64,000 nucleotides of DNA. Origin: Gnetum montanum (taxonomy: Eukaryota; Plantae; Gnetophyta). Position numbers and translations under genes: made by a program. The notes below the pieces were generated by a model. It was not told the origin of the DNA. It was given only the letters and a program-made list of their open reading frames with translations, and did not search any database. Numbering within the stretch: position 1 is the first letter of the stretch; every line of letters begins with the position of its first letter. Below, piece by piece: positions 13,906 through 25,540 of the stretch. The DNA is taken from positions 133,537-197,536 of the forward strand of contig MNCI01002391.1 of the NCBI GenBank assembly GCA_015680685.1. Direction: 5' to 3'.

Positions 13906-14159
13906 AAAATAATTTATTGTGGAGTGCAAGGTAGAAGAGTGATAGTGCCAAGGATTCCTCTAGAACTGAACAAACCCCAATTTGAAAAAACTAGAAGGAT
14001 GAATCAACTCAAGCTAGGTTTCAATCCAAGTTTAGCCAAAATCCTAGATCAAGAACAGTTAAAGGAAGAAGCTAGAAGTAAGTATAAGATTGTATAGAAA
14101 ATTTTGAAGTTTTAGAATCAGTTAGAACAAGGTCAAGTAGAGAAACTTTTAGAAGTTCT

Positions 14160-14950
14160 GAAGAATTGCTATTGTGAAAACTTGTTGCAATTTTGGTCAA
14201 AGGATAGTCCTATCACCTATATTTCTACAATCCATCATATTCTAGTCCAAAGTAAAGCCATCCCAATGAAGCAATAAGATGAAGAGGAGGTAGAAAATCA
14301 AGTTGAAGACTTTTTAAGTAGAGGATTAATTAGACCATCACAATCCAACTATGCATGTGCATGTTATATCATCTACAACCATGCTAAAGTAAAAAGAGGC
14401 AAAGCTCGAATGGTAATAAATTACATCTGTTTGAATTTTGTTACAATAGATATAAAATGGCCACTATTGAATAAAGATGAATTAATCTAGAGAGTTGCTA
14501 CTAAAAATGTTTTTAGCAAACTTGACTGCAAAAGTAAGTCATTACCTTATTTAGAGCTACTTTTCTTAGGTCTATTTATTCTAAACACAAATGCTAGTTA
14601 TGAAGCATGGGGAGTAGTTATATTAAAAGAAGGATATAAGAGAGAAGAAGAACCCATATGTGCATATGCTTTAGGTTGTTTTGCAAAAAATGAATTAAAT
14701 TACTAGCATGTAGAAAAAGATATCTTAGCTACTATCCAAGGAATTGAAAATTTTCATGTGTATTTAATCAATGAACCATTCATTTTAAGGACCAATTTAG
14801 CCAACCTAGCTACACTAATGAAAGGAAAAATCATGACATCACCAAAGCTTTAGTGCTATGCATGGTGGCAATTTTTGTTGTCCTAGTATGAATTCTCGGT
14901 TGAACAAATCTCAACAACAATGAATTCCTTGCCTAATGCTCTGACAAGGA
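14160..14950 (+). pseudogene. Viral RT (N-terminal part only) fused by deletion to RNase H
   Basis: GLIRPSQS...NHAKVKRGKARMVINY...FSKLDCKS|KSLPYL...ILNTNASYEAWG...EKDILA...FILRTN...NSLPNALTR; no YxDD motif. Confidence 0.9.
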
Positions 14951-15775
14951 AAATGAAAACTATTATGAAAGCCTTCATGATGAGAGCCTCACCATCAAGT
15001 TTTGGTGAATCATAGCCAACTTAGCTATCACAAAGTAAGGAATGACGAAATTGGCCCCTTAATACTTTAGAATAGTGAGTACACTGGTGTAGAAATATTG
15101 TTAATGTGTTTCCTCAAGAATCATCATCTAGATTGACTCACCTTTATCCAAATCTAGATTTTTTCATAAACATAGCAAGAAGGATTGACTATTTATTCAA
15201 TAATCTCAAATGGTCATGCATGGAACCCAGAATTTTGAAGCATATCCAAGAATATGTAGTCTTAGACAACATTCTACTCACACACTACCAATTATTTGCA
15301 AATCAATTTGCTCACAATTATTTCTCAATATTATTACAATGGGACAAATGGAAGACATCACTTTGTGTTAGTTTCCAATGTATCAATCTTTATGGTGAAA
15401 CCACATGCTTTCAAACTGAAGTAAAGGTGGAATGACTACCACTTGCACTTGAAGACAGTCAAGAGGATCCAACTTCACCACCCAGCCTACTCGAAGAAGT
15501 GGCATGCTTGATTTGGATGTGTCTAGACTATCAACGCTCTAGATAAAAAATGTATGGGGTCCATAGAGCAATACTAAAAGTTCTCTAAAATTATTAAAGT
15601 TGACTTCTGCATATAGTTCTTGTAATAATTGTATGGGTATAATACTTGTAATAATTCTAGTTGTATGGTTTGTATGTAAAGCATTGCTTGCATGCTATGC
15701 TAGTGTGGTGTCTTTGTCATATGACAATAATAGAGCTTGACCTTATCCAAGGGTAGCTCTCCTCCCTCTTCCATC

Positions 15776-15783
15776 TATAAATA
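15776..15783 (+). promoter_or_regulatory. Candidate TATA box of the viral pregenomic-RNA promoter
   Basis: CTATAAATA in the intergenic region ~230 bp after the polyprotein stop, just upstream of a long hairpin. Confidence 0.6.
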
Positions 15784-15816
15784 TACATGTGTCCATGTAA
15801 TTTAAATCATCGTAGT

Positions 15817-15964
15817 TTGAAGGAATGAAGGTTGCAACTTGTTTGTATACAGTTTCTTGTAGTCTTGGTGATTTGGATTGAAGGTTCTTAAGTGAATCAA
15901 ACCTCCTTAACTCTAGCCAAGAGACTTAGACAGAAGGAGTAACGAACAATGAACATACCTTCAA
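15817..15964 (+). other. Large nested stem-loop in the viral leader
   Basis: Nested complementary blocks TTGAAGGAATG/CATACCTTCAA, TTGTTTGTATAC/GTAACGAACAA, TTCTTGTAGTCTTGG/CCAAGAGACTTAGACAGAA and GAAGGTT/AACCTCC. Confidence 0.65.
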
Positions 15965-16558
15965 TGGATACCTCATAGTCTCTTGATGTGCTAAGCAGCA
16001 CCTCTCTTGAGGAATGTTTGTATTTTGAATTCTACAACTGTGAAGTCTATTATTTTATTATTTTAATCTTTGTTATCACCATCCACTATCATCTCTCTCC
16101 AATCTATCATCTCGCTCCATCCTTGATCCACTGCCATTATCACCATCACCTATGGCATCTTTCCCTTCTCCTACCTTCTAGCATGCTTACATAAATGGTG
16201 CCATCTTTGACCATTTGCTCCAACAAAACCTTCAAAATCCACAAGATTGGCAAGCACCCCCAAAATCATAGCTACAATATCATAGATATGATATCATGCT
16301 TGTAAAAAATTGGATTTATCATACCCCTACCATTGGCTAGAAACTTATCATAAAGTTAAAATAAGAGGAGGATAGAGTTCCTTATAAAATTAGGAGGTAG
16401 ACTCAAACTTGACATGACTAACTATATACATAACTCTAAATGCCACATTGTGGTTTGACTAGTGTTTTTACAAAATTATCATGCATAGCATGATGGACAC
16501 ATTCAACAATAATAAGATAAAACAAAACAAAATAAAAACAAGATATATCTTTTTAGCC

Positions 16559-18631
16559 TTTATGTTCCTGACAATGGTGGCTCCTCCATCAGCTTCTTTC
16601 CCTTATCATCTAGCTTATGGAATTGATATTGGTTTAGGAGTGCCTAAATATTTTCTTCTTATGAACAAGGACCCTGTACCATCCATGCAAATTCAGTGAT
16701 GTTAGATGGCATCCATACATCCCATGGGCATGGTAGTTGTGAGAACATCTTATTAGCTTTCACATACCAAGCTATAAACTCCCTTCTCTCCTCTTAAAGG
16801 TTGTGGCCACCTTTCTTAATTCCTAATAATTTGTCATTCGACATGCTAAGTATGTTGCAATATCTTTCTATCCTTGGTAGTTGGCCTTAACAATTTCTAA
16901 CTCAAAATTTGCTACATGTAGTTTCTATTGAGCATCCTTTTGATCTACAAACCTCTTTTCATACATTGTGTAGACTCCCACTAGCTATTGCTCAAGCTCA
17001 TTTCTAGATCTTCTTACTATTAAGATGGCCAAGTTAGCATACTAAAGGTTTGCTAACCTCATTCACTTTTTTAGATCTTCTATATGTAGGTATTTATTTC
17101 TTACTTCATCCTAGTGGACATGGTTAAGGCTATCTAGAATGAACTACCAATCTAGTGTTTGATTCGCAATTGAGTTCATCTTGGCCTTTACCATCTGGAT
17201 TTCTTTTTCATTGATTTTTATATACAGGCCCACTTAATCCTTAAGGTGTTCTTTGAGTTTTTCATATTTCTTAGCCTTATTTTGCCACATGTTTATTTTA
17301 ATAGCTGACTTCTAGCAGATGGTATAGAGTTCTTTCATTGAAAGGATGTGATTTTCTTTCATTAATTTATTCATATCTTGGTTAACTTGGATAAATTGTT
17401 TTCACGGCTAATGAATAATTTCTTCAAGAACATTCTATTGCTTTCTAACATTGGGTAACCTTGTGTTATCTATAGCAAGCTTCTTATTTTCTTCTTCTAA
17501 GGTAGTGATGGCTTTGGCAAGTGCATATGTTTGGGCTTCTACTACTGATCTGTTCCACACAATCTTTTCCTTTTCCATATCAACTTGAATGTTTCCTACT
17601 ATCAACTACCTAACCTAATCAATTTAAAGGTTTCTAGATGATTTGGGGCTACATATTGCACAAGGTATTCTTTCTCTAGTCTTAAATATGCTAATTTAGC
17701 CTGTAGCCTTTACACCTCATTTTCTACAACTTTATCCTAATTTCTACCATGATCAACTTTCCTTTTGTGGATATTAGATAAGACTACACTATAGTGATAT
17801 CACTAGAAATATCAAAGAGATTCTACATAACACTAGAGAGTAGCCTTATTTTCTTTAAACCTTTTTTGCATCTCTAGGAAGAGAAAATGGGCTATGTTGA
17901 TGCTGAATTTTCCTATCATGATTGTACTTTCTCTAGCTACATAGGTAAAGATCATGTTGAGTCTTGTAGTTGGGGATAGGTGATAAGTTTTGATCTTGAA
18001 TTAAATCTTCTCTTTAGTAGTTAGTTCACTATGACCCTTTTCCTCTTTATCATAGGCTCTCTACAGCCATAACTTCTTTGCATCTATGTCAAACCTTGTC
18101 CATAATTTGCATTACACTGGCTTTGACATTGGGAATGTTAAGTGCCTTGGCCATAGCTTCTATAGAATAGGGCACTAATACTCTTTCAATCTTTATAGTA
18201 GTGTCATCTTGTTTATTTTTCCAAAACTAGTACACCTCTCCTAGATATCATTCATCATTGTTTGATAAAGTTGGCCAGAAGGAAAAGACTTGGATTTGTG
18301 TCCTAACCCTCTTAGGAGCAAACTCCATGAACGATCCAAAATTTAATTTCATGATGACTATGGACATGATTCAATTTTTCCTAGATTTCCTGGAGGCATT
18401 CTACTAATAGTATGAGGTGTTGTTCTTATTTTGGTGTTGGTGGTGCCTCTACCTCATCTTGTGCAGATTGTTTGATAGTAGGGATTTGTTGATGGATATC
18501 AAAGGATTGGGCCTCCTGCTTTGAATTTTTTCCTTATAAAGTTTGTTCTCTTGCTTATCCTCTCCTTGGTCCCTTACTCTCTTACTTCTCAACTATGAAG
18601 GCCCTTCTACAGTGGATCTTTTAGAAGCCAT
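16559..18631 (-). pseudogene. Degenerate gypsy accessory ORF (~690 codons; plant transposon protein-like core + coiled coil)
   Basis: Starts MASKRSTVEGPS at 18631 and ends DDKGKKLMEEPPLSGT*. Paralogous to 7714-9965 and in the same position relative to a PPT. Confidence 0.6.
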
Positions 18632-20420
18632 TTGCAATTATTAAGAATTCAAGATCATCAAAAGATTTTGAATAGGTTTCTAATAGCTCATAATCCTTTC
18701 TCATGTTCTTGGTTTTGTTTAAGAATTATCTTGTTTTTTTTTCACTTATGGCTTTATTATGATTGTAGAGTTACAGAAATTAAAAAAAGATACCTTTGTT
18801 TATTATTCTATTTCAATTACTAAGACCTCTCACCATTATTCTTTCTGATTTATGGCACTATCTAATGGTTGGTTAGGACAATCAGTTAGGCTTAACAAAA
18901 AATTTTGGGTCTTTTTCACTACTTCCATGTGGATCTATGGTCATTTTGTTATTTTGGCCTTAGTAGATTTGATTTTTAAAATCAAGCTTGCTGTTTTCAT
19001 GCCTTTTTCCCAAAATTTGGGGATATGGCTATTTTTCTTAGATTTGGGACAAATGATTCATCAATATTAAATTTCAACAAAATCCTACCCCATTATTTTG
19101 GTGTGTTTTCTAATCGGTATCAATCATTTCGACTATTTTGGCTATGTTAAGTTGGGCTTTACGAATTTTAGCCTTTTGAATGAAAAAAGAAAGTAATGTT
19201 ATGTATTTTGTTTCTTAAGGAAACGACTATTATTTTTCAAATATAATGTCACAAATTTTTAGCCCTATGTTTAAGCTTTCCAATTTCTATTGTCTCATTT
19301 GATTTGACTTTGAAATAATTAAGTTATGGTTGTTTTCCTAGGTCATACAGTTAGGTTTCTATGTTGTTTTTATGTAAATTCAAGAATCGTTTCTAAGAAA
19401 ATGGCAAGTTTTTTGGATATTTTTTGGTTATGGCTACATAGGTCTTGGCTTCTGCTTTTTAACAGAGGTTGAATCACTCCAATTTTCTTTAAAATGAATT
19501 TTTTGCTAAATCTATCTAAAAAGGAGGTTTGTGCCTTTTTCAGATACTTGTCCAAGTTGGTGAACTTTTTCTACATAATTGGCAATGTTTTTGAATTTTT
19601 ATCAAAAATTATCACATAGGAATCAATTTAAGCTTTCAAATTTTCATGGAATCACTTCGTTAGGAGTTCAAACACATTTTTGACAAATTTTTTACCAACC
19701 CTGCGTGAAAGGGGATTCATGGTGACAACTATGATTTCTTGCTAATTTTTTTATGTTTCATGTAAAAATGGTTATGTATTTCAAGTTTTAATGTTCATGG
19801 CTGCAAAGCTTATGATTTCATAACTCTTTCCATGCTAAAATCACTAAAATCAAAGCTTATGTGAATTTTTAATGAATTTGTTGGCTAAACTATGCAAATA
19901 AGGCTAAATTTTGGATGAATGTGATTGATATGTGTAGTTTTTCTTGTAAAAATCATATAAGAATTATGTTTTAAATATTTTTTTTAAGAAAAAAAAAGCT
20001 TTAATATCTTTAAAAATATTTTTTTTAACTATGGCTATATTTTTTTCCAATTTTTAATGATTTTTCTAAATTTATGCATGGTTTAAACTAAGACTTAATT
20101 TTGGCTATAATATTTTAGGCTACGAACTAAAAATCTATTTATGGAATTTCTTAAGTCAACTTAGATAAACACAATAGAGCTTTTTATAGAGGCTAATTTC
20201 ACCTCTGACTAGGATGTTTTTTCTAAATTTGTTAAGTAATCCAATTGGTCATGATGTAAGTTTATGCAAGGTTGTAATAATGCTTTCTTGTTGAATTTCT
20301 TAAGCTAATTTAAATAAACACCTTAGATCTTTTTACATAGTCTAATTTCACCTCTAACTATGATGTTTTTTCTATGTTTGTTAAGAAATTTTAACTAGTC
20401 ATAATATCTTTGTTTTGGCC

Positions 20421-23400
20421 ATGAAGGGTTTAGTTGAAGCCCATTCTCATCATTGTGGAGTTGGTGGGCATTCTGTGCTACATTGCTTAATCCATGATCA
20501 ATACCCCTCTTCTTGATATGCCTTTGGAAAAGCTATCACTGTGGTTCTAGCCTAGGACAAGGGAATTCCTTGCCTACATTCTTCAAAACTTCAGTGTGAT
20601 GTTATGGTCACACTTATCCATAGATGTGGCTAGGGCCATAGTGGAGACTTTATTGTCTCAAGCATCTAGCTTCATTGTTAAGTTTATCACTGAAAATCCT
20701 CCTCCTAGGACATCAAGGGGATCATCCAACACCATTAACCCACATTACATTATGGAGATCTAGATGATGCTAGAGTATAGGCAATACAATGCTAACAATA
20801 CTCTGATGGTGGCACATAGGATCCATACATTATTCTAGAACTCACCTGGCACCATGTATTGTCTACCAAGGTAAGCATAGTTATTATAGTGTTTCTATGT
20901 TTTTTTTTTGGCTTTATTAGCAAAACTACCTTTCCCAACTTCATTAGTCTTATTACCTTCTTGTAGGTACAAGGTTAATGATCAAGCCTTGATCATTATA
21001 GATCAAATCATAGCGGTGGCTTAAACTACCCTAGATGAATTCACCAAGGGCCCTCAGATTAGCACTATTGTGTATCAATAGTTATGAGGGGACTTTGATG
21101 CCTATGTTATAAGATGCAGCTTTATATACAAGAAGTGTAAGGATGATAGGACAATGCATAGTTGGTGGGTAGATTTTGATAACTCCATGGATTAGACCCT
21201 TGCAACTGGGACCTCTACTCAAAGCACATCTAAGAAGAAGAAGATAGGTAAACATAAAGGTTATAGATTATAGTGTTTTATGGTTATGAACATTCTAATT
21301 GTTCTATTACTTTAACTATTTATTAAACTTTCTTATGTTGATGCTAAACTTTGGTTGTTATTTTATAGGACCTTCCACCTCTACTGATGTCACCATGCCA
21401 CTTTCAAGGGCACATCATGAGGATACTCTCATCTTAAAGTTTGGTGAGGTGATACTAGCATATGAGTGGCTAAAGGGATAGGTGCCTAGAAAACATCCAG
21501 CATGCATTTTTTTCTTGATGTATTTATGCACCAATCCCTTCCACTCTTGTTGTGGAGATTTTGCATGTCATCGACTCCTTCAATGAGCAGGCTAGTTGTT
21601 TTACCACCATCATCCAGGATATGAAGGTTAACATGGATATCAATGAGGGCCTTTCTTGCAACTTTTTTGTTGTCCTTGTTGATGGGGCAAAGCTTCCAAC
21701 AAGAATAGTAAATAAATCATGCCATCATGATGAAGTTTTTTGAGTGGCTTAGTGCCAACATGGATCACTCTAGAATTTCCATGGATGGCTCCATGAACCC
21801 TAATACAAAGGAGTCATATCCTTTGTTTAGGCCTTATGCATTTCCTAAACTATTATTGCAAAAGAAGGTGATTGTCATAATGTAGGGATGAACCTTTAAA
21901 AAGGTCCTAATGGATGGCACCAAGTTCAATTGGGTGGTTGCCTTGGCTATTGGGCTTTAGGAGGAGATCCTTACACTTCATGAGGATACCTCTATAATAG
22001 TCCACATGAACTTTTCATTTCTTGTAGGTTATTTAAAGAGGTTTTTGGAGTTTTTGTTGGTGTATTAGAATGGATGATGGATTCCCCAAGACTCAAGATA
22101 ACTTTCTAAGCCTTGGATAAAGCACATTTATCAAATGGTGTAGGCTTAGAACCCACCAGAGGGAATGGATGATACATTATCCATTACTACTAATGATCTT
22201 AATGTCAAGTAGCGTGAGTCCCCTAACAACACAGATGATGAGGAGCCTTTCACATTCCTAGCAAGCATCTTAAAGGTCAAAAAACTACATATGGGGGCTA
22301 AAGTGATAGCTAGGAAAAAGCTCAAGAGGCCCATGGAGGAAGCACTACAACAATAGATCAACCTACCTTGAAGAACCTTAAGCTTAAGCTTACGCCATTG
22401 CAATAGGTAGTCATAGGTATGCTTTTTTTAATTTTTTCTATTTCATGTTTTAAAATTTATGGCTACTTTATGGTTTCATGTGTTAACCAGTTTTCTATGT
22501 GCTATGATTGTAGAAAAATGTCAAGTTATGGTAGCCCAAGCTACCTCGAATCTACAATAAAGGCATGCAGAAGAGGCACTCCTAAAGCAACCTGAGGTTG
22601 AAGGGGTTGCCAATGCAAATATAAATAATCTAGATGCCTTGTTTGATGAGGCAATGCTTGGTACATCCCCCATCATCATCCTAGAGGACAAAGAGGAGGA
22701 GGAGCCATGTATGCCCATGCTTTAATATTTTTGTTATATCTTATAGTTTAATTTTTGTTTTCATCCTAACCATTTGATGATTGTTATGCTTATAGTAGTT
22801 CTTGATCCACTAGTGCAAGCACTGGTCCCTAAATTTTATGTGAAAACATGGCTGAAAAATCCAAACAAGGTCAAGTTCATGGGTGGGATGACTAAGGACA
22901 TCATCGACTGATTACAAAAGGTTGCACTTAAGATAGGTAAGGGCTTCATTTTATGTGCCTTAGTTGCTTGGCCATGTTGTATGTTGTGCTTGTGTTATGG
23001 CTATCTTAAGTTGTGCATTATGTTTATGATTATATTTCATTCTTTTGTAGTGCCTTCTATGGAGTGGAATTCTAGCAAATACATGGAGATTGACTCCTTG
23101 CCTAGGCTTCCCTCTAATATATCTAGTGTATCCTTGAAGTTGTATAAGACTACTACTAACCTAGCAATGTTGTGTGCAAAAACCTCATGGGAGCTAGAGA
23201 GGTCTAATGAATCTCTATGGGAGGAAGTTGTGACCTTAAAGGAAAAGACTTAATGATAGGAGGAAACTACTAAAGATCTCCTAGATTGCAAGGCCTTTGT
23301 GAAAGCCCAAGTTGCTAACTCAAGGAAAATGTGGACTAGATAGTTCACATGGGCTAGCTACTGGCATGTCATTCAGAACAAAGTAGTGATCTTATGGAAG

Positions 23401-23850
23401 ATGTCGGAATAATGAATTCAAATGGACCTCATCTTCTAGAAGATTTAGAACTAGAAATATCACTATGCTTGGATCCTAGAGTGGGATAATAAATAAAAGA
23501 TCCACAAATGATAGTACAAGGTGGATCATGAGGCCTACCTTAAGTAGCTTAAGGACGAATCAGTTGAATGATGCAAGAGAGAGCTATTCATCCAAGGAAT
23601 TTAGGTGGATAGTGCTTATCAACTTTTTGCGAGTACTTTCACAATGGAGCAACCCCCTACTACTCATATTACCACTACTCTAGGAAAAACCTTTACAGTT
23701 GCTATTATTTGGGAGCCACCTACTTGGACAATGATAGATAGGACTAGCATCCTTTCTATTTTTGATCTTGGAGATGTTGATTGGGTCAACATGATGAAGG
23801 GTCAAATCTTCCAACATTTGAAGGAAGGCCTTCCACGTCTACCCCCATAA
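20421..23850 (+). pseudogene. Degenerate intron-containing gene antisense to the gypsy element (plant-mobile-domain-like + coiled coil)
   Basis: T-rich GT-AG introns at 20871-20966, 21248-21368, 22417-22513, 22709-22795 and 22937-23050. Exons include DGTKFNWVVALAIGL*EEI and a heptad-rich C-terminal part; many C>T stops. Confidence 0.6.
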
Positions 23851-25089
23851 GTTATGAAGCCAAAATCCCCATAGCTTTGATGTATTTTATGTTTTAATTT
23901 TTGTTATGAGTTATGGTTTTGGCTATTGGTCACTATCTGGCTACATGTTGTTGCATTTCAAGAATTAGAGGACATTGGCACCCCCAGCAGTAAGGGTGGG
24001 AATGATCCACCACTTCCTCCTCAAAATTCCCCTTAGAATCTTCCATCAACATATCTTGTTGGCTATTTGTTTTTATTTTCATGTTGATGGCTATTGTTAG
24101 CCAAGACTGTGTTATAAATGATTATTATTATTTTTAACATTTTTTTCACACAATGTGACCATGGATATGTATATTATGGATACTTTAAATTTAAATTTAA
24201 AATTTTGATTTTATTTTTGGCTATATATATCTATAGTTGTAGTAAATGTTGTGGACATTGTGAATGGCTAGGCTAACATTTTGGTCATAACATTAAATGG
24301 CTAATTAATGTGATAATAGGCTAAGCAAAAAGAAGTATAATAATAATAATAATAAAGATGTCTAGTAGTTTTAGGCCATCATGGGCATAGGTTATATTGT
24401 GTTACCAATTTAAGGCCATGATGGGCCATATTGTTAGTTTAATGTCTTAGTGAACTACGACACTAGTTTAGAGTCTTACTAGACTATGATTCTACCAATT
24501 TAAGATCATAGTGAGCCATATTATGTGATTATCTTTGTTAGTTTAAGGCCATCGTGGGTTATGATGCTAATTTAAGGTCTTAATGGACCATTTATGAAAA
24601 AGAAATATATATTTATAAGGATTTTTCATATTTATAATCTGAGTAAAAGTAAAGAAAGATTATAATAATGCAAATGAACTTAGACTACCTGCATAGGCTA
24701 TGTGCATAAAGATTAAAACAAAAAAAGTGCATAAAAGGGTATAACAAAATATAGAAGAGCGATATGATTATTAATACAGCTAGTTATAAGGGTACAAGAT
24801 GAAAAAGGTTAAGATGAACTTCACTTGTATAGATTCTTCCTAATCTTTAAAGGATTACGAAATGAGTAAGGTCTACTTTTCCCAAGCTTATATTCACTAC
24901 CCCCTTCATTGATGATGTTAAAAGGAAGTTCATCTCATAACGCATCCCATTATCTATCATTTTCATCACTGGCTTTCTCGAGTTGTTGCTCTCTATTAGG
25001 CTATTAGATTTCATGTCTAGGAGCTTCTTCTTGAAGCTCCACTTTAGATCCTTACTCTATGTTCACATGTTGATAACCAAGGGAACTAC

Positions 25090-25540
25090 ATTATCACCAT
25101 AATAATAATTTCACCTCCATCGTAAGGAAGGTGAATTTCTTGATGGATGGATGAGAATACGGTTTGTAATTGAGCCATCCAAGGTCTTTCCAAGATAAGT
25201 TTAAACCCTGGTGTTTCCTCCTCCACCAAGAAATTGGTGGTTGTGGGGAATTACTCTCTTGCCACAAAGTCTAAGGAGATAGACCCCTTGATGACAATCC
25301 TTGATCTATTAAAAGACTTGAGGATAGCTATTGATGTAGGCTATATTTTCTCAATTAAGCTGAAGCATTCAACAATGGTGCATGAGATGATGTTACTTGC
25401 CACTCCCTCATCAACATGCACTCGATGCACTTTAAACTACCCTACACATATGGTTATGAATAGAGGCACCCTAGTTACTTCATCATTCTGGGGATTAACC
25501 TTGATTTTGCTATCATGAAATACTAGGGATGTTGACTTCT
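25090..25540 (-). pseudogene. Ty3/gypsy (Tat/Ogre-type) aspartic protease
   Basis: PLFITICVG*FKVHRVHVDEGVASNII...FKLILERPWMAQLQTVFSSIHQEIHLP (cf. LLGRPW...AVPSTLHQ). Confidence 0.8.

Larger units (their letters stand above)
9966..16078 (+). mobile_element. Endogenous caulimovirid (plant pararetrovirus, Caulimoviridae), near genome-length, decayed
   Basis: Collinear MP, CP zinc knuckle, aspartic protease, RT with diagnostic NHAKVKRGKARMVINY...FSKLDCKS, and RNase H. No integrase and no LTRs; a TATA box and leader hairpin lie downstream. Confidence 0.93.

Noticed and set aside
9966-16078. Interpretation as a Ty3/gypsy pol with env
   Set aside because: 30K movement protein, caulimovirid-specific RT motif, no integrase and no LTRs.
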